Part shown: positions 22,740 to 36,238 of the stretch, one piece after another
Position numbering within the stretch: the first letter of the stretch is position 1
Layout of the letters: every line of letters starts with the position of its first letter
Assembly: GCF_004010195.1 (NCBI RefSeq)
Contig: NC_057750.1
Coordinates: 4,040,382-4,104,381, forward strand
Direction of reading: 5' to 3'
Origin: Chiloscyllium plagiosum
Taxonomy: Eukaryota
DNA: 64,000 nt
Translations under genes and position numbers: made by a program
The notes under the pieces: generated by a model
Databases searched by the model: none
The model's input: the letters and a program-made list of their open reading frames with translations, nothing else
Told to the model about the DNA's origin: nothing

Positions 22740-23060
22740 TGCAAGAATACCCCTCCTTATCTAGCCATGTGCACTTGGCCCAAAAGGAGCAGCAGCTGAA
22801 TTTAAGATCCTGTTTGAAGATGAGCACGCGATGTCTTCCCAACAGCATCCAAGCCAAAATGTATCCCTCCATCGGAATCACTAATGGATTATCTAGGTCA
22901 TTTATCACATGTTTTGTAGGGACCTAGTTGTATGCAAATTGGCTGCTGTCTTTCAGTGCGTTATGGCCATCATTGTATTTTGCAAAGGTACTCCATTTGG
23001 CTGTAAAGTGCTTTGTGATGCACGAGATTGTGAAACCTGCTTAACTAAAGTCTTTCTTTC
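22740..23060 (+). mobile_element. Old Deu-domain-type SINE 3' part; related remnants near 41850-42130(-) and 47545-48000(+)
   Basis: Tail gcaaattggctgctg...ttggctgtaaagtgctttg...gtgaaa...aagtctttctttc. Confidence 0.55.
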
Positions 23061-23429
23061 AAAACTCAAAATAAAGATGTGAGGCTCCTATTCACCTACT
23101 CTTGTTGGCTTTTCCAGTGGAGATACTGTGATATCCAAATTGCCCTCCATTGTGGTCTTGTTTTGGTGCAGGTTTTCCCAGTGTCTGTGCCTACAGCAGT
23201 TACTTTCCTATTTGAACGAGGGTGTAGCTCTGATCTTTTGATAGAATATTAAATGTGAAGGAAGTTTCACTCTGCTGCATTCATGCACTTCATTAACTTG
23301 AAGCTTTTTTATGTACAAATGATAGGTACTTTATGATGTATCTGAACAGGGGTCCTGGCAGTCTAGGAGCCTATTTCATGGGCTGCTAGACACTTTGTGT
23401 TTTTTTAACCTTGTCCCAAAAACTCATGC

Positions 23430-23970
23430 CATAGAGTCATATAGCATGGAAACAGACCCTTCAGTCCAACTTGTGTGAGCTGACCAGATATCCAAACCTG
23501 ATCTAGTCTCATTTGCCAGCATTTCGCCCATATCTATCTACACCCTTCCTATAAATATACCCATTCAGATGCCTTTTAAATGTTGTTGTATCTGCCACTC
23601 CACCTCTTCTTTAAGCTCGTTCCCACCCTCTGTGTGGAAAATGTTGCCCCTCCGGTACTTTTTAAATCTTTCCCCCCTCACAGTATTCTAAGAGTGGCCT
23701 CACCGAAGTCCTGTACAGCTGCAACATGATGTCCCAAATGCCTATACTCAGCATGCCAAAAGTTGTCTCCACCACCCTGTCTACCTGTGAGTCCACGTCC
23801 AAGGAACTCTGCACCTGCATCTCCAGGACTTTGTTCAGCGTCACTCCCCAGAGCCTTACCAGTAACTGTATAAATCCTGACGTGGTTTGCCTTGAAGATG
23901 CAACATTTAGCATTTATCTAAATTAAACTCCATCTGCCAATCCTTGGCCCATCTGATCAAGGTCCCCTTG
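23430..23970 (-). mobile_element. CR1 LINE 3' fragment with internal deletions
   Basis: DIMLQLYRTSVRPLLEYC peptide and CR1 3' UTR. Confidence 0.85.
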
Positions 23971-24266
23971 AACATTTTAAAAAAAACTTGTTTTCCAACT
24001 ATTTAAATTATTTTGTAACAGCATTAAAATTATTGCATTACTGAAGGTTAGAATAAAATGGCTTTAGTGTTTGGCTTATATTTAATCGCTGTAAGTTTGT
24101 TCTTCCAGTTCTGTGTACTTGCAGTGCACCTGTTCTTTAATAGTAAATTATTAACACAAGGAATTCACCTTCAGCCTGCAAAGTGAAACTGTTTTGGATT
24201 GGAATTAGTGTTGCTGTTTTGTGTAGTTGGATGGAGAATATTTAACATTCATTCACTCCTCTACAG

Positions 24267-24303
24267 CTGTTGTCTTGCGGAGACACAATGCTTCAATGCT
24301 GAG
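24267..24303 (+). CDS. Candidate 37-nt second exon
   Basis: Branch-like tttaac at 24241, pyrimidine tract, ctacag| acceptor, GAG|gtatgg donor. Keeps the exon-1 frame open (S-CCLAETQCFNAE). Confidence 0.35.
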
Positions 24304-24481
24304 GTATGGGGCTGTGAGCCTCAATAGCACACTGAGACTTCCATGCAAATGTTGAAATGAGCAGGGTGTATAGAGAAGGATACGTTTAAGGAGGAAATTC
24401 TATTGTGTGGGGTGTAAATAGCTGTCAGTGATGAGGTGAATGAAGTGAATGCACAAAAGGCAGAAGGTGAAGAAATGGATG

Positions 24482-24640
24482 TACAAAATTAAAAATCTCT
24501 CAACGCCAGGTTATAGTCCAACAGGTTTAATTGGAAGCACACTAGCTAGTGTGCTTCCAATTAAACCTGTTGGACTATAACCTGGTGTTGTGTGATTTTT
24601 AATTTTGTACACCCCAGTCCAACACCGCCATCTCCAAATC
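24482..24640. mobile_element. Fold-back (palindromic) Penelope-like 3'-end insertion with a 12-bp TSD
   Basis: 66-nt arms 24480-24545 and 24546-24611 (63/66 match, no spacer); TSD aagaaatggatg at 24470-24481 and 24641-24652; arm sequence equals the 3' end of the element at 48470. Confidence 0.92.
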
Positions 24641-25939
24641 AAGAAATGGATGATTTGCAAAGGGCTATGTGATGCTAAATGACCATGCAATGAAGATCCA
24701 GGTCATTGCAGGAGATTTGGTTTGGGTGGCACATGAGTCAATATAGCATGATTTAACAGGAAAGTGTGCCAAGAATCGTGCCACATTGTTCCACAAACAT
24801 GACCAAATGTGTGAAAACCAATTAGACCATCAAGATGGCCAATTAACTTGACTGCTACTTGGGATAAAAGCGATTTGTTGTAAATTATGAAACCTTGTGT
24901 GAATAACTATTTATTCTAATATGCTTAACTTTTCTAACAAATTGCTGAGGTTCCTGATTACCTATTACGTAACTTAAATTATACCCTGTTAAAAACTCCC
25001 AAGTACACCTCTGCATTTGTTCAAAAAAGACAGTTTGACAAAGGAAATAAAAACACAATTCTAAAGATCATAAGTCTGTATCTCACAGAGGGGTTAAATT
25101 GTGTTTTTCTTTTTGATTTCTGTCTGGAAAATAGTCACTCTTCATTTTGATATTTGATGGACCACTGTCAATTCTTCTTAGAATCCTTAGAATTCTTCTA
25201 TTTAAGCGGCTTTGATTTTTGTCTTTTTCGTCCACATTGAGAGTGGGAAGGGAGAGATGTGTTCAGTTGATTGTTTCTGACTGCTCAGCACCTTCAGATT
25301 TATAGCAAATTGTAGCGCAGCTGCTCGAGGTTGTTATTGGGCTGTCTTTCCTAAACTCGAAGACTCCTGGTGCCACTCTGTCTCCAAGTACAGTAACAAT
25401 CTCACTGCTTTGAGAAGCAACATTATCTTGCACAGCTAAAACTGTGTGTCTCACTCTTAAATTGGAAGACTCCTGGTATTTCAGTAAAGTAGCAGCCCAG
25501 CTGCATTTCTGTCTTTCATGTCTTATGACCTGGAAAAGGTGACGGGGGTAGGGACTGGATTCAAGAGGGTGGAATGGTGTGTGGTAGCACATGAGTCACC
25601 TTGCTCATCCTGAAGATTCAGACTAGAGTTTTGTAAGTTGACCAATTTGGCTTTGACAGCATTATAGAATCCATCGCATTTTCGTGGCAACGTGACTACA
25701 ATTAACACTCAGATTTAAGAATTGCTTCTTCCAGCTGTTAACAGACTTGCAAACGTATCTCTAAATGCTAGGAAATGCTAGGCTTAGTGGTTGTTGGAAA
25801 CTAGGCATTCTGACGACTCTTGGGGTTTGGGTGGTAATGTTCCCCTTGAACAGCTATTACTAAGTATTGACTCAAGTCAAGAAATAATCTAGGAAGTAGA
25901 ACCCTTTATAAAAGTGGGGAGCCAGCTGAAACTAAATAA

Positions 25940-27135
25940 TTTGATTTGTGTTTTTTTATATTATCACATGTACCAAGATACAATGAAAAGTATTGTTTTT
26001 CTGTGCTGACAAATCACATCTGGGTAATAGATCAGAATGCAGAATATAGTGTTACAGCTACAGACAAGGTGCAGAGAAAGATCAATTCTAATATGAAAGC
26101 TCCATTCATAAATCTGATAACAGTGGGAAGAAGCTATTCTTAAATCTGTTGGAATGTGTTTTTAAACTTTTTTGGATCTTTTTTCTGATGGAAGAGAATA
26201 AAACTGGGGTGGGAGGGATCTTTGATGTTGGCTGCTTTCCCGAGGCAGCGGGAAGTGTAGACTGAGTCAGTGGAAGGAAGGCTAGTTTTCATGATGGCCT
26301 GGGCTACATTCAAAACACTACTGTAATTTTCTTGTGGTCTTAGGCAGAGCAGTTACCATACCAAGCTATGATGCATCCAGATAGGATGCATCTATAAAAA
26401 TTGGTAAGAGTCATTTTAGACACGTTGGATTTCCTTAGCCTTCTGAGGACGTAGAGGTGTAGGTGTGCTTTCTTGACTAGCATAGATGTGGATGGACCAG
26501 GATAGATTGGTGGTATTTACTCCTGGGAACTTGAAGCTCTCTATCATCAGCACCATTGATACAGACACGCACATATCCTCCACTTCACTTCCTGAAATTG
26601 ATGATCAACTCCTTTGTTTTGTTGATGTTGAGGGAGAGATTGTCTTTACACCATGACACTAAGCTATCTAGCTCTTTCCTGTACTTTGTCTCATCATGTT
26701 TGAGATCTGACCCACTACAGTGGTGTCATCAAATTTCTAAAAGGAGTTAGAGCAGAATGTGGTGCCACAGTTGTGAGTGTATATGGAATATTGTAAGGTG
26801 CTGAGTATGCAGCTTTTCGGGGCACCTGTGTTGAGAATCATTGTGGGGGAGGTTTTGTTGCCTATCCTTACTGATTGTGGTCTGCGGATCAGGAAGTCAA
26901 GGATACAGTGCAGAGAGGAGGAGCCGAGTCTTAGGTCTTGGAGTTCAGAGATGAGTTTTGTTGGAATTATGGTGTTGAAGATGTAACTTAAAGTCAATAA
27001 ATAGGGATCTGATGTAGGTGTCCTTGTTCTCCCAGATGTTCCAGTGTAGGGCCAGGGAAATGGCCTATTATGGATCTATTGTAGTGCTAGGTGAATTGTA
27101 GAGGATCAAAGCAATCTGGGAGGCTGGAGGTAGTA
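25940..27135 (-). mobile_element. Rex/Babar-clade LINE fragment
   Basis: FNTIIPTKLISELQDL...RPQSVRIGNKTSPTMILNTGAP (ORF 26737..26997) and the shared 3' UTR. Confidence 0.88.
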
Positions 27136-29894
27136 TGCAGCAAGTAGTGTTTCTTGCTGGGTGCAATATGTGCGATTCCTCCAGTTCTGTTCAACTCCCG
27201 AGAATTAAATGGACAGAATTCCAAATCTTGTGAATTTTTTTGTTGTAGTAGGTATCAATATGTTGAGGTTGGTGTCAAGTGTGGATGAATAGAGCTGGTT
27301 ACTTGAGTTAGACCCTATGGATGTATCGCCTTGGGTGGAGTTAGAACACTGTCATGCCACCTCCTGGAGGAGAATTTAGAGAGAATTAGGTCAGTCTGGA
27401 AAAGGAGTATTCTTAGGGTGTTGATATGAGAGCCTTGGTTATTACCATGATGCAAGCACAGATTTTTCCACAATTTGATACCTATTGCAGTCCCTTTTGA
27501 AATGCCCTAAGGATGGCTAATGTGGGAAATGAAAACGTTTTGGACAACAAATATGGTAATTTTCAGTTTAAGGCACATTGGAGGGTAAAGTGAAAAGCTT
27601 TTTGTCTGTATTTAATCCATGCTCTGTATAAACAGGGAATGCTGACTGGTATCTTTTGCAAGCTCTGGCATTCCTCAAGTAGGTGATGGATAATTTTATA
27701 GACATGGATTTGTACTGAGTTCTTCATTTTGTGGCCAGAGCTTTTAATGATAAAGTTCAGTGGTTCGAAAGTGCAGCAGAGACTTGGCAGACTTCATTTT
27801 GTAGTTTTGGATATTTTCTAGTCATGCTGTTCAGATGTATTGCACACCTCTGGAGCAGATGGGACTTTAACCGAGGAGCTACAGTTGCACCACAAGTGCA
27901 CCTTGTAGTTGTTCTGTGCTATTGAGCAACTCTAATGCACGTTTCAGAGCTGACGACCCCCCAGTTGTTGAAGTATGTGGCCTGATAGAACTGGAACAGG
28001 GAAGGGATACAAGATGTATTAGGACATTAAGGAGATTTTTTTTAAAAGCCAAGTATAGAAGCTATGCTGTGCGTGCGTTTCTACCTTCCAACACAGCATT
28101 TCTTGCTCTGCAACCTTAAGCAGTGATAGTGACATTTCCAGCATCCACAATTTTTTTTGTATCGATGGTGAGGCCCCCCCCCCCATCTCATTCGAGGTGT
28201 CCAGCATTGCTGTTAGAGATTATAAAGGGGATTTGATCCTGCTGATTCATATTGCTGCACACCAAACTGGCATCCTTGAAGAGTTCCAATCTACTGTTTA
28301 TTTATTTCCTGTGGTACCTGCTGGGTGATTGACATCCTTATGTTGATTGTATCAGATTTTTAAATAAATGAAAAGAAACTCAGCACGTGGTCTGGATTGA
28401 AAGTTGCCACGGCAGAGATTTTGAGTGGTTAATTAAGTGATTAGCAAAGATTGGCTCCAAACAGGCTTCCTCCACAACCACCACAGACTGTGTATTGAAT
28501 GTAACAAAGCTTTTTATCTGCTTTTCTTCCAGCCCAACATTGACCAACAAATAAAATATTTTTAGTCGATCTATTTGAGAGCTAATAGATTTGACTGTAT
28601 TATGATTTGTTTCTTAAATCGTATAGGTATATCTGGGTGGAACAGGTTGCTGGTTGGAAAACCTGTCTTTGCTATATTAGTGGAATGACTTGGAATTATA
28701 GAGTCATACAGAATTTTGGGACCAATCAGAATGCACTGAGCTTTCAGACATCCCTTTCAAATTATTCTGGTCTTTACCTCAGGTTCTTAATTTGGTGATA
28801 TAGTTCATTCATTAACCTCAAGAAGCCACATAATCTCAACAGCTCACTAATATTATTTATGGAATCGTGTGGGAGCCTGCACTGAACTTGATCCTATCCT
28901 CCTGCTTGGGGTGCTGGAGTTTTAGGAGTATGGAGCTATCCCTTGGGATTATGGAGGATGTAATTGAGGCAGATGATTGGTCATGATCTTGTTGAATGGT
29001 GGAGTTGGCTGTGAGGTCCAAATATTCCAGCGGTCCCTGCTCATTTGCACCTTCCAATTGGAGTCGTGGAGAGCCCTAGAAACTTACAGCAAGGTGAAGG
29101 ATATTTGGCATGTGCTGATTTTTTTTCTAAAAAGTCTTCTTGTTAAAGGCCACACCCTTTTTTGCCTGAAACTCTAAGTTCCTCCTCCCACGCAATTCCC
29201 TTTTTAAAAATTATTTCTAGGATCTGTGTCCACCACTTTCCCATTCCCACTTCAGAGAACATTCCAGATGCTGAGAGAACATGAGGGGACCTTTTCCCCT
29301 TCCTGTCTACTCTCTCAAAACCTCTACTGAGTCACGACAGCTAGCTGAAAAGCACTGAGGTTGCTTATCATGTGCTTTTCACCAACACGTTAAATGGGGT
29401 AATTCACAAATTGGAGGGAACTGTCCCTTATATTTTCTGGGTATTGCCAAGTATTCTCTGTAATCATTTTAAAGCGTAACTTTGAAATTTCCAGGAGAAT
29501 TCAAGTCTGCATATAGTTGTTTTAACAAAAGGCATGTTGAGCACTCTTTTTTGACTGTGGAACTTCCTGACATCTGGTCCCCACACACAGCTAGAAAATT
29601 CAGCAAATGATGACTGTTTCAAACAAATCATGCTTTTAGATTTCGTAATTGAATTGTCATACATTAGCATGATCATGAAAAATCACTTTTTTGTTTAATA
29701 CAAATTAGTGTGCGACATGCTATCTTTGAGAACTTCTAAAAACAAATTTTAATTGATTAAAACTGTTATTCTCAGTGAATGATTAGTGTGAATTGACTAG
29801 TGACACTTTAACTGGCATGGTAATTTTTTTTCCTGCCTCCAGAAATGTCAGTTGAGATGCTACATCTTTTCCCTGGGAAGTTAGATGGATAATC

Positions 29895-30487
29895 TCAGAA
29901 TACGAGTAGATCATTCAATCCTCGAGCCACTTGATGAGACCATGGCTGATCTGTGGCTCAACTCCACATCCTTTAGTACTCTTGCTTTCCAATCAATCTC
30001 TGATTTAAAATCAGCAACTGATAGAGCATTCACTGCCATTTGTGGAAGAGTTCCAAACATCTATTACCATGTGTGTGTAAAAATGCTTCCTAACATCTCT
30101 CCTGAATGGTCTGGCTCTAATCCTCACACTCTGTCCTCTAATTCTAGAATCCCCAGCCAGTGGGAGTATTTGATCTTTATCAACCCTGTTTATTCCTGTT
30201 AATATCTTGCAGACTTCGATTAGCTCACTGCTTAATCTTCTAAATTCTGGAGAAAACAGGCCTATTTTGTATAATTTCTTCTCATAACTTAACGCCTGAT
30301 GTAAACCTATGTGTACTCCCTCCAAGTCCACTATATCCTACTGAAGGTGTGGTGCCCAGATCTGGTCATAATTCTCCAATTGAGTTCCAGCCAGAGTTTT
30401 ATATAACTGCAGCACAATTCTGCATCCTTGTATTCCAGTCCTCAAGATATAAAGGCCTGCATTGCATTAGCTTTCTTGTGATTTTCA
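29895..30487 (-). mobile_element. CR1-type LINE 3' fragment
   Basis: LSYEKKLYKIGLFSPEFRRL...LIEVCKIL...FYTHMVIDVWNS (ORF 30011..30331). Confidence 0.85.
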
Positions 30488-31317
30488 AAGTTTGGGAGAA
30501 GATTTGTAGCTTGGGTGCTCGTTGTTGTGGTTCTGTTCGCCAAGCTGGGAATTTGTTTTGCAGACGTTTCGAGCCTGTCTAGGTGACATCCTCAGTGCTT
30601 GGGAGCCTCCTGTGAAGCGCTTCTGTGATCTTTTCTCTGGCATTTATAGTGGTTTGAATCTACCGCTTCCGGTTGTCAGTTCCAGCTGTCTGCTGCAGTG
30701 GCCGGTATATGGGGTCCAGGTCGATGTACTTATTGATTGAATCTGTGGATGAGTGCCATGCCTGTAGGAATTCCCTGGCTGTTCTCTGTTTGGCTTATCC
30801 TATAATAGTAGTGTTGTCCCAGTCAAATTCATGTTGCTTGTCATCTGCGTGTGTGGCTACTAAGGATAGCTGGTCGTGTCGTTTCGTGGCTAGTTGGTGT
30901 TCATGGATGCGGATCGTTAGCTGTCTTCCTGTTTGTCCTATGTAGTGTTTTGTGCAGTCCTTGCATGGGATTTTGTACACTACATTGGTTTTGCTCATGC
31001 TGGGTATCGGGTCCTTCGTTCTGGTGAGTTGATGTCTGAGAGTGGCTGTTGGTTTGTGTGCTGTTATGAGTCCTAGTGGTTGCAGTAGTCTGGCTGTCAG
31101 TTCGGAAATGCTCTTGATATTTGGTAGTGTGGCTAGTCCTTTGGGTTGTGGCATGTCCTCATTCCGAGGTGGAATTCTGGAACTGACAACCGGAAGCGGC
31201 AGATTCAAACCACTACAAATGCCGGCGGAAACATCACATAAGCACTTCATAGGAGGCTCCCAAGCACTGAGGATGTCACCTAGACAGGGGACGAAACGTC
31301 TGCAACACAAATTCTTG
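30488..31317 (-). mobile_element. Penelope-like element (Poseidon-like), 5'-truncated, with GIY-YIG endonuclease and an inverted copy of its 3' pseudo-LTR
   Basis: KTNVVYKIPCKDCTKHYIGQTGRQLTIRIHEH (GIY-YIG). 31178-31315 is the reverse complement of about 30548-30686. Confidence 0.92.
31264..31303 (+). ncRNA. Minimal type I hammerhead ribozyme motif, intact core
   Basis: gca CTGAGGA t gtcacc tagaca ggggac GAAA CG TC tgc: stem I gca/tgc, stem II 5 of 6 bp, palindromic stem III ACGT, GUC cleavage triplet. Confidence 0.8.
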
Positions 31318-31657
31318 TGATTTTTTTTTAACTCAATTTCCAACTCAAAGCAGATAATACATTTTGCTGTAAACAGCAAGAAATTAAGACACATTCATTC
31401 AAATAGGTTGGCTTGCCTTTCATTTCTCTGAACAAATAGACCTCGTTGGTTGACATGTTTACGTGTGTTTTAGCTGGGGCTTGAGCCACTGCTATATGAA
31501 ACAGCTAGAAATTGAATTTTTCTTTTGGAGATTGAGCAGTGAACCAGAATACAGAGGTCTGACTGATCTAGCGGACCAGCAAATGCATCCTTGAGTTAGA
31601 TTTGATCTGCCTCTGTTGTGCTTGTACCCTCATTCTTTCCTATACAGACCAGTTTAA

Positions 31658-31958
31658 GGTGGCATGGTGGCTCGGTGGTTAGCACTGCTGCCTCACAGCG
31701 CCAGAGACTCGGGTTTGATTCCTACCTTGGGCGACTGTGTGGAGTTTGCACATTCTCCCTGTGTCTGCGTGGATTTCCTCCCAAATCCAAAAGATGTATA
31801 TGTGAGGTGAATTGGCCATGCTGAATTGCCATGTCAGGGGTAAATATTGGGTAGGGGAATGAGTCTCGGTGGATTACTCTTCGGAGGGTCGGTGTGGACT
31901 TGTTGGGCTGAAGGGTCTGTTTCCACACTGTAGGGAATCTAATCTAATGTAATCTAAT
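31658..31958 (+). mobile_element. HE1-type V-SINE
   Basis: Same head, V-domain and (aatct)n tail as the other copies. Confidence 0.92.
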
Positions 31959-32369
31959 GTTTTTGTCACCGAATAGGCCACCTTGGTCCGGTTTCGACAT
32001 TACATTGAGATATTTACAGATTATCTTGGTTAAATATCTATTCTTTGAGGGTCAATGTCTAATTAATAACATGCACTTTGGAGTTTCAGCCGAAATCATT
32101 CTTGGCTGAAACTAGACATTATTTTAAAAGTGTGGGAATTGAACTGATGGTTTGAAGGAAGGCACCAATTTTCAGACATACCACCTCATGAGTTGTTTTG
32201 CAGTTGATATGATAGTTGAGACTAATTTGATTTTATTATGTGGCGCATTGATTTGAATGCTATGACAACCTCAATCGCACTTGTTTGGTTGTTTGTGTGG
32301 TGCTGGCTGTGTAAGATGTCGAATTTATAAACTGCCATTAAATCTTTCCCATATTTTGCCAAATAGACC

Positions 32370-33425
32370 ATAGCCATACAGCCTGGAAACAGACCTTTTA
32401 GTCCAACTCGTCCATGCCAACCAGATACCCTAAACTGAACTAGTCCCGTTCGCTTGCAATTTGCCCATATCTGTGTAAACCCCTCCCATTTCATGTACCT
32501 GTCCAGATGCCTTTTCAATGTTGTAATTGCACCCATCTCTACCGCTTCCTCTGGCAGCCCATTCCATATACACCGCCTGTGTAAAAAAAGAGGCCCCTCA
32601 GGTCCCTATTAAATCCACCTCCCCCCACCTTAAACCTATGCCTTCCAGTTTTAAACTCTCCTATCCTGGGGAAAAGATTTTGACTATTTACCTTATCCAT
32701 GGCCCTCGTTATTTTATAAATCTCTGTGATCACCCCTCAGCTCCCCACACTCTAGCAGTCCAATCCTCTCCCTATATCTCGAACCCTCCAGTCCTGGGAA
32801 TGTCCCCCTGTAATTTTTTTTCTGTACCTTTTCTAATTTCACAACATTCTTCCTATTGCAGAGCAAGCTGAATTGTACACAGTATTCTGAAAGTGTCCTC
32901 ACTAGTGCCTTGTACAGCCACAACATGATGTCCCAACTCCTATGTTCACTGCACTGACCAATAAAGGCAAGTGTGCCAAATGCTACCTTCACCACCCTGT
33001 CTACCTGCTACATTGCTTTCAGGGAACTATGAACATGCACCCCTAGGTCCCTCTGTTCAAGAATACTGCCCAGGGCTTTACCATTAGTTGCATAAGTCCT
33101 ACCTTGCTTCACCTTACCAAAATGCAACACCTCTCATTGACCTAAATTAGACATCTGGTCAAGATCTTATACTCTTAGATAATCTTCTTTACCATCCACT
33201 ATAACATCAATTTTGATGTCATCTGTAAACTTAATAACCATACCTACCATATTTTTATCCAAAACGTTAATATAAATGACAGACAACAGTGAACCCAGAA
33301 CGATCCTCCCCGCTGACCACATGACTGCAGTCCATATAACAACCCTCCACCACCACTCTGTCTTCTACCAAAAAGGCAATCTCCCTGAATCCTGTATGAT
33401 CTAACCTTACTAACCAGTCTACCTA
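32370..33425 (-). mobile_element. CR1 LINE 3' fragment
   Basis: LWLYKALVRTLSEYCVQF...EIYKITRAMDKV peptides and CR1 3' UTR. Confidence 0.88.
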
Positions 33426-36097
33426 GATAAACTATTCTCTCAACTGTGCAGTTGTTTGTATTGTTAAAATAAGGTCCAAGTTCAAGACTTGTCTTTGTTG
33501 ATACTGTTCAAGGTCGCAGCACTATTTGTACTGCCTGAGTGAGTTTGTCTCGAACTTAATGTTACTTAGTCTGTCTTATATTTGAATGTAGGTTTTAAGA
33601 TGGTTAAACAAATTCTGAGTGCATATTTGAAGAACATTTGTTGTGTTCAACTGTGAAAGTGAAAGTAACTTACATCCAATAAGATGTGTAGTTATGTTTT
33701 TTCTTAAAACTTTAAAACCTAAATGTAATATTTTTAATATTAAAAGATTGATGATAAACACTAATATGGTTTGCACAATCATCAATCATCATCCACTGTT
33801 TTGAAAACAACAGGGTGAAGCAACGGTTTACCCATGCACACGCAGTATTGGTTAGGCTTTGTATAGTCAATTGTCACTTGGTAGTAAAGAACTGTTATTA
33901 CTGGGGGGAGACGCAAAAAGAGATTTTGTTGAAGCTTTTTATCTTCAGAACAATTAACAAGAATACTTATTTTTAAAGGGAAAAACCAAATTTTATGCAA
34001 ATGAGAAGGGATTGATTGGCTGACAAGTTGCCTCCGGCAGAGGTGTTGCCATTGAGAATACACAAGTTAATGATGATCAACAGTTCACTGCCACGGCGTG
34101 TTAAACTTTTAAACTTGATTGTGGTTAAGGCATTGCCACAAGTTGTTCAGCTACCCAGAAACAAATCAGCTGCCATCAGGCTGATAATGTGGTATTCTAC
34201 AAACCAACTGGAATCACACTTTGTATATGCACCTGGTGTTGGGTCACTTCCTCCTGCACCCCCACTACTGCTGGTGAAGCAATAGTGTAAATACAATTTG
34301 AAATATTTTTCAGTGGCTTACTTTTAATCCTTTTTCCAGTTCAATCCGCAATCATAAATAAAGTAAAATAAAAAGATTGGTCTTTAGAGAAATAGTATAC
34401 AAATAATCAAATTAAGATTGATAGTTGGACTTGAAGTGTGGAACACTTACGTGTATTGAAATGCCATATGTTAATACATAGGGCCATCTTTTTAAACAGG
34501 TAAAGACCATGGATGCACACGCACCTGTTTCTACTCAACAAAATAGGTAACAGCTATTCACTGGTTCATTTCTCACGGCAGTGTCTTGACCAATCTAGTC
34601 AACGTTCTGGTTTAAAATTTAAACAAAGCTTGGCACTCAAATGTTGGTCATCATTGCCGTGGAAAATACATTGGTCAATCTATCTGACTATTGGAGTCCA
34701 CACTTATCAACTAATCCACATTTTCCTCTTGTACACTGCAAATGTTTGTTTTCCCCTTAATGGTATTCTTGTCAATTGTGCTGAGAAAAGCTTCAATAAA
34801 ATGTCTGTTCTTTTCATCAGTAGCCAGTTGGGCTATACTGTGGGGTTATAGAGCTCCGAACTTTATCAGAGTGAGTGCAATGAACTTAAATGGCCATAAA
34901 AACCATTTGTTTTTCACTACATAAAATGTCCAATGTGCAGTCATTGAGCCATTGCTCAACTTCTAAGGAGTGTCAGCTAAATATAGAATACCCGATCCAT
35001 GGAATGTCTTGTTATGCAGTGCTACTATCAAGAAGAATTTGTTCCTTTTATCTTCTGTAAAAGTGGCCCTTTTTATATTTTGACCTATTTTAAACTCATC
35101 CACCATTTGATTTCTGCAAGATTGGATCAGAGAAGACACAGTAGGCTATCTTGTAATCACTCTGTTGTTTGTGTTTCTATGACTGTCTTTTCATGGGCTG
35201 AAGTTGGCACTTTCTTGTACATACTGTTGAAGAGTGATAAGTATGAAGTAGATTCACAACATCCCCCCCCCCCGCACCATAAAACTCCCAGAAGAGGGAT
35301 TTGTCTGTACTCTCTTGTAAAATTTTGATACAAATGTAATTAATGCATTCTCATATTTGTGTCCAGGTGAACTGTGAAATGTACCCAGACCTATAATTTG
35401 TTTGTTCCATTCTTGGGTCATGTCTGATAAATATCTCAAAAGTTAACTCATGGTTGTTGTAATGGAGGGAGTTGTTTAACAAGTGAGCAATTACTATGGT
35501 ACATTAGTGACTCCCTCAGGTACTTGACTGGAGAAATGTCTTAATACCTGTATATAATGAGTCAGATAAGTGCCTTTCCATTTTGCTATTTGGTGCTGAA
35601 GTATGTGCGTATGTGTTTTGAGACAGGAATTTAGAGACCCTAGTTATTAGAGGCTGAGTGTGTATAATTATCTGTTATGCAGCCAATCCAATGCACCTAC
35701 TTTGGCAGAATGACTGTTATCCAAAGTGAATGCTGCTGGATCAATAAGAGTTTGCTGAATAAACAATACATTAAATGTAGATGAGAAAAAAAGTACTTGG
35801 AAAAATTCTGCTCATCCACAGAATAACCCTTATCAAAATGGTTTACAATCCAACTTAAAAGTTTGTTTTCCAAGTTTTTTGCTGTTTTTTAATATGGCGG
35901 TAATTCCTTTTTGCTCTGGGCGGTTTCTCCCTTGATCTCACTAAATTTTATTTCTTCATTATTGGCACCCTCCTCCTCCAAGGGAGGATGGCAACATTGT
36001 TCAGAGCATCAGGACTCCATTGTAGTGTTTCCGAACGATGAGGTTCTGCTACCTCCCAGTCCCCACAAAGATCCCTTTGTTTTATTTGTACTCCCAT

Positions 36098-36238
36098 GTT
36101 CTGGATGTAGGTTTACTCGCTGAGCCTGATGAAGTCGGAGGCTCACTGATTAAACATCTGAAAGCTAACCTTCCAGCTCAGCAAGCAAACCTACATCCAG
36201 AACCTCAACCTGAGCTACAAATCTTTTCAAAACACGCA
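36098..36238 (+). mobile_element. Short fold-back Penelope-like 3'-end insertion with an 11-bp TSD
   Basis: Inverted arms 36098-36125 and 36176-36203; tail ctgagctacaaatctt shared with 30488 and 46660; TSD tactcccatgt at 36089-36099 and 36239-36249. Confidence 0.85.

Noticed and set aside
34066..34188. C/D-box snoRNA (ATGATGA ... CTGA)
   Set aside because: Terminal stem is weak, no clear C'/D' boxes, and no rRNA/snRNA antisense element that I recognise.
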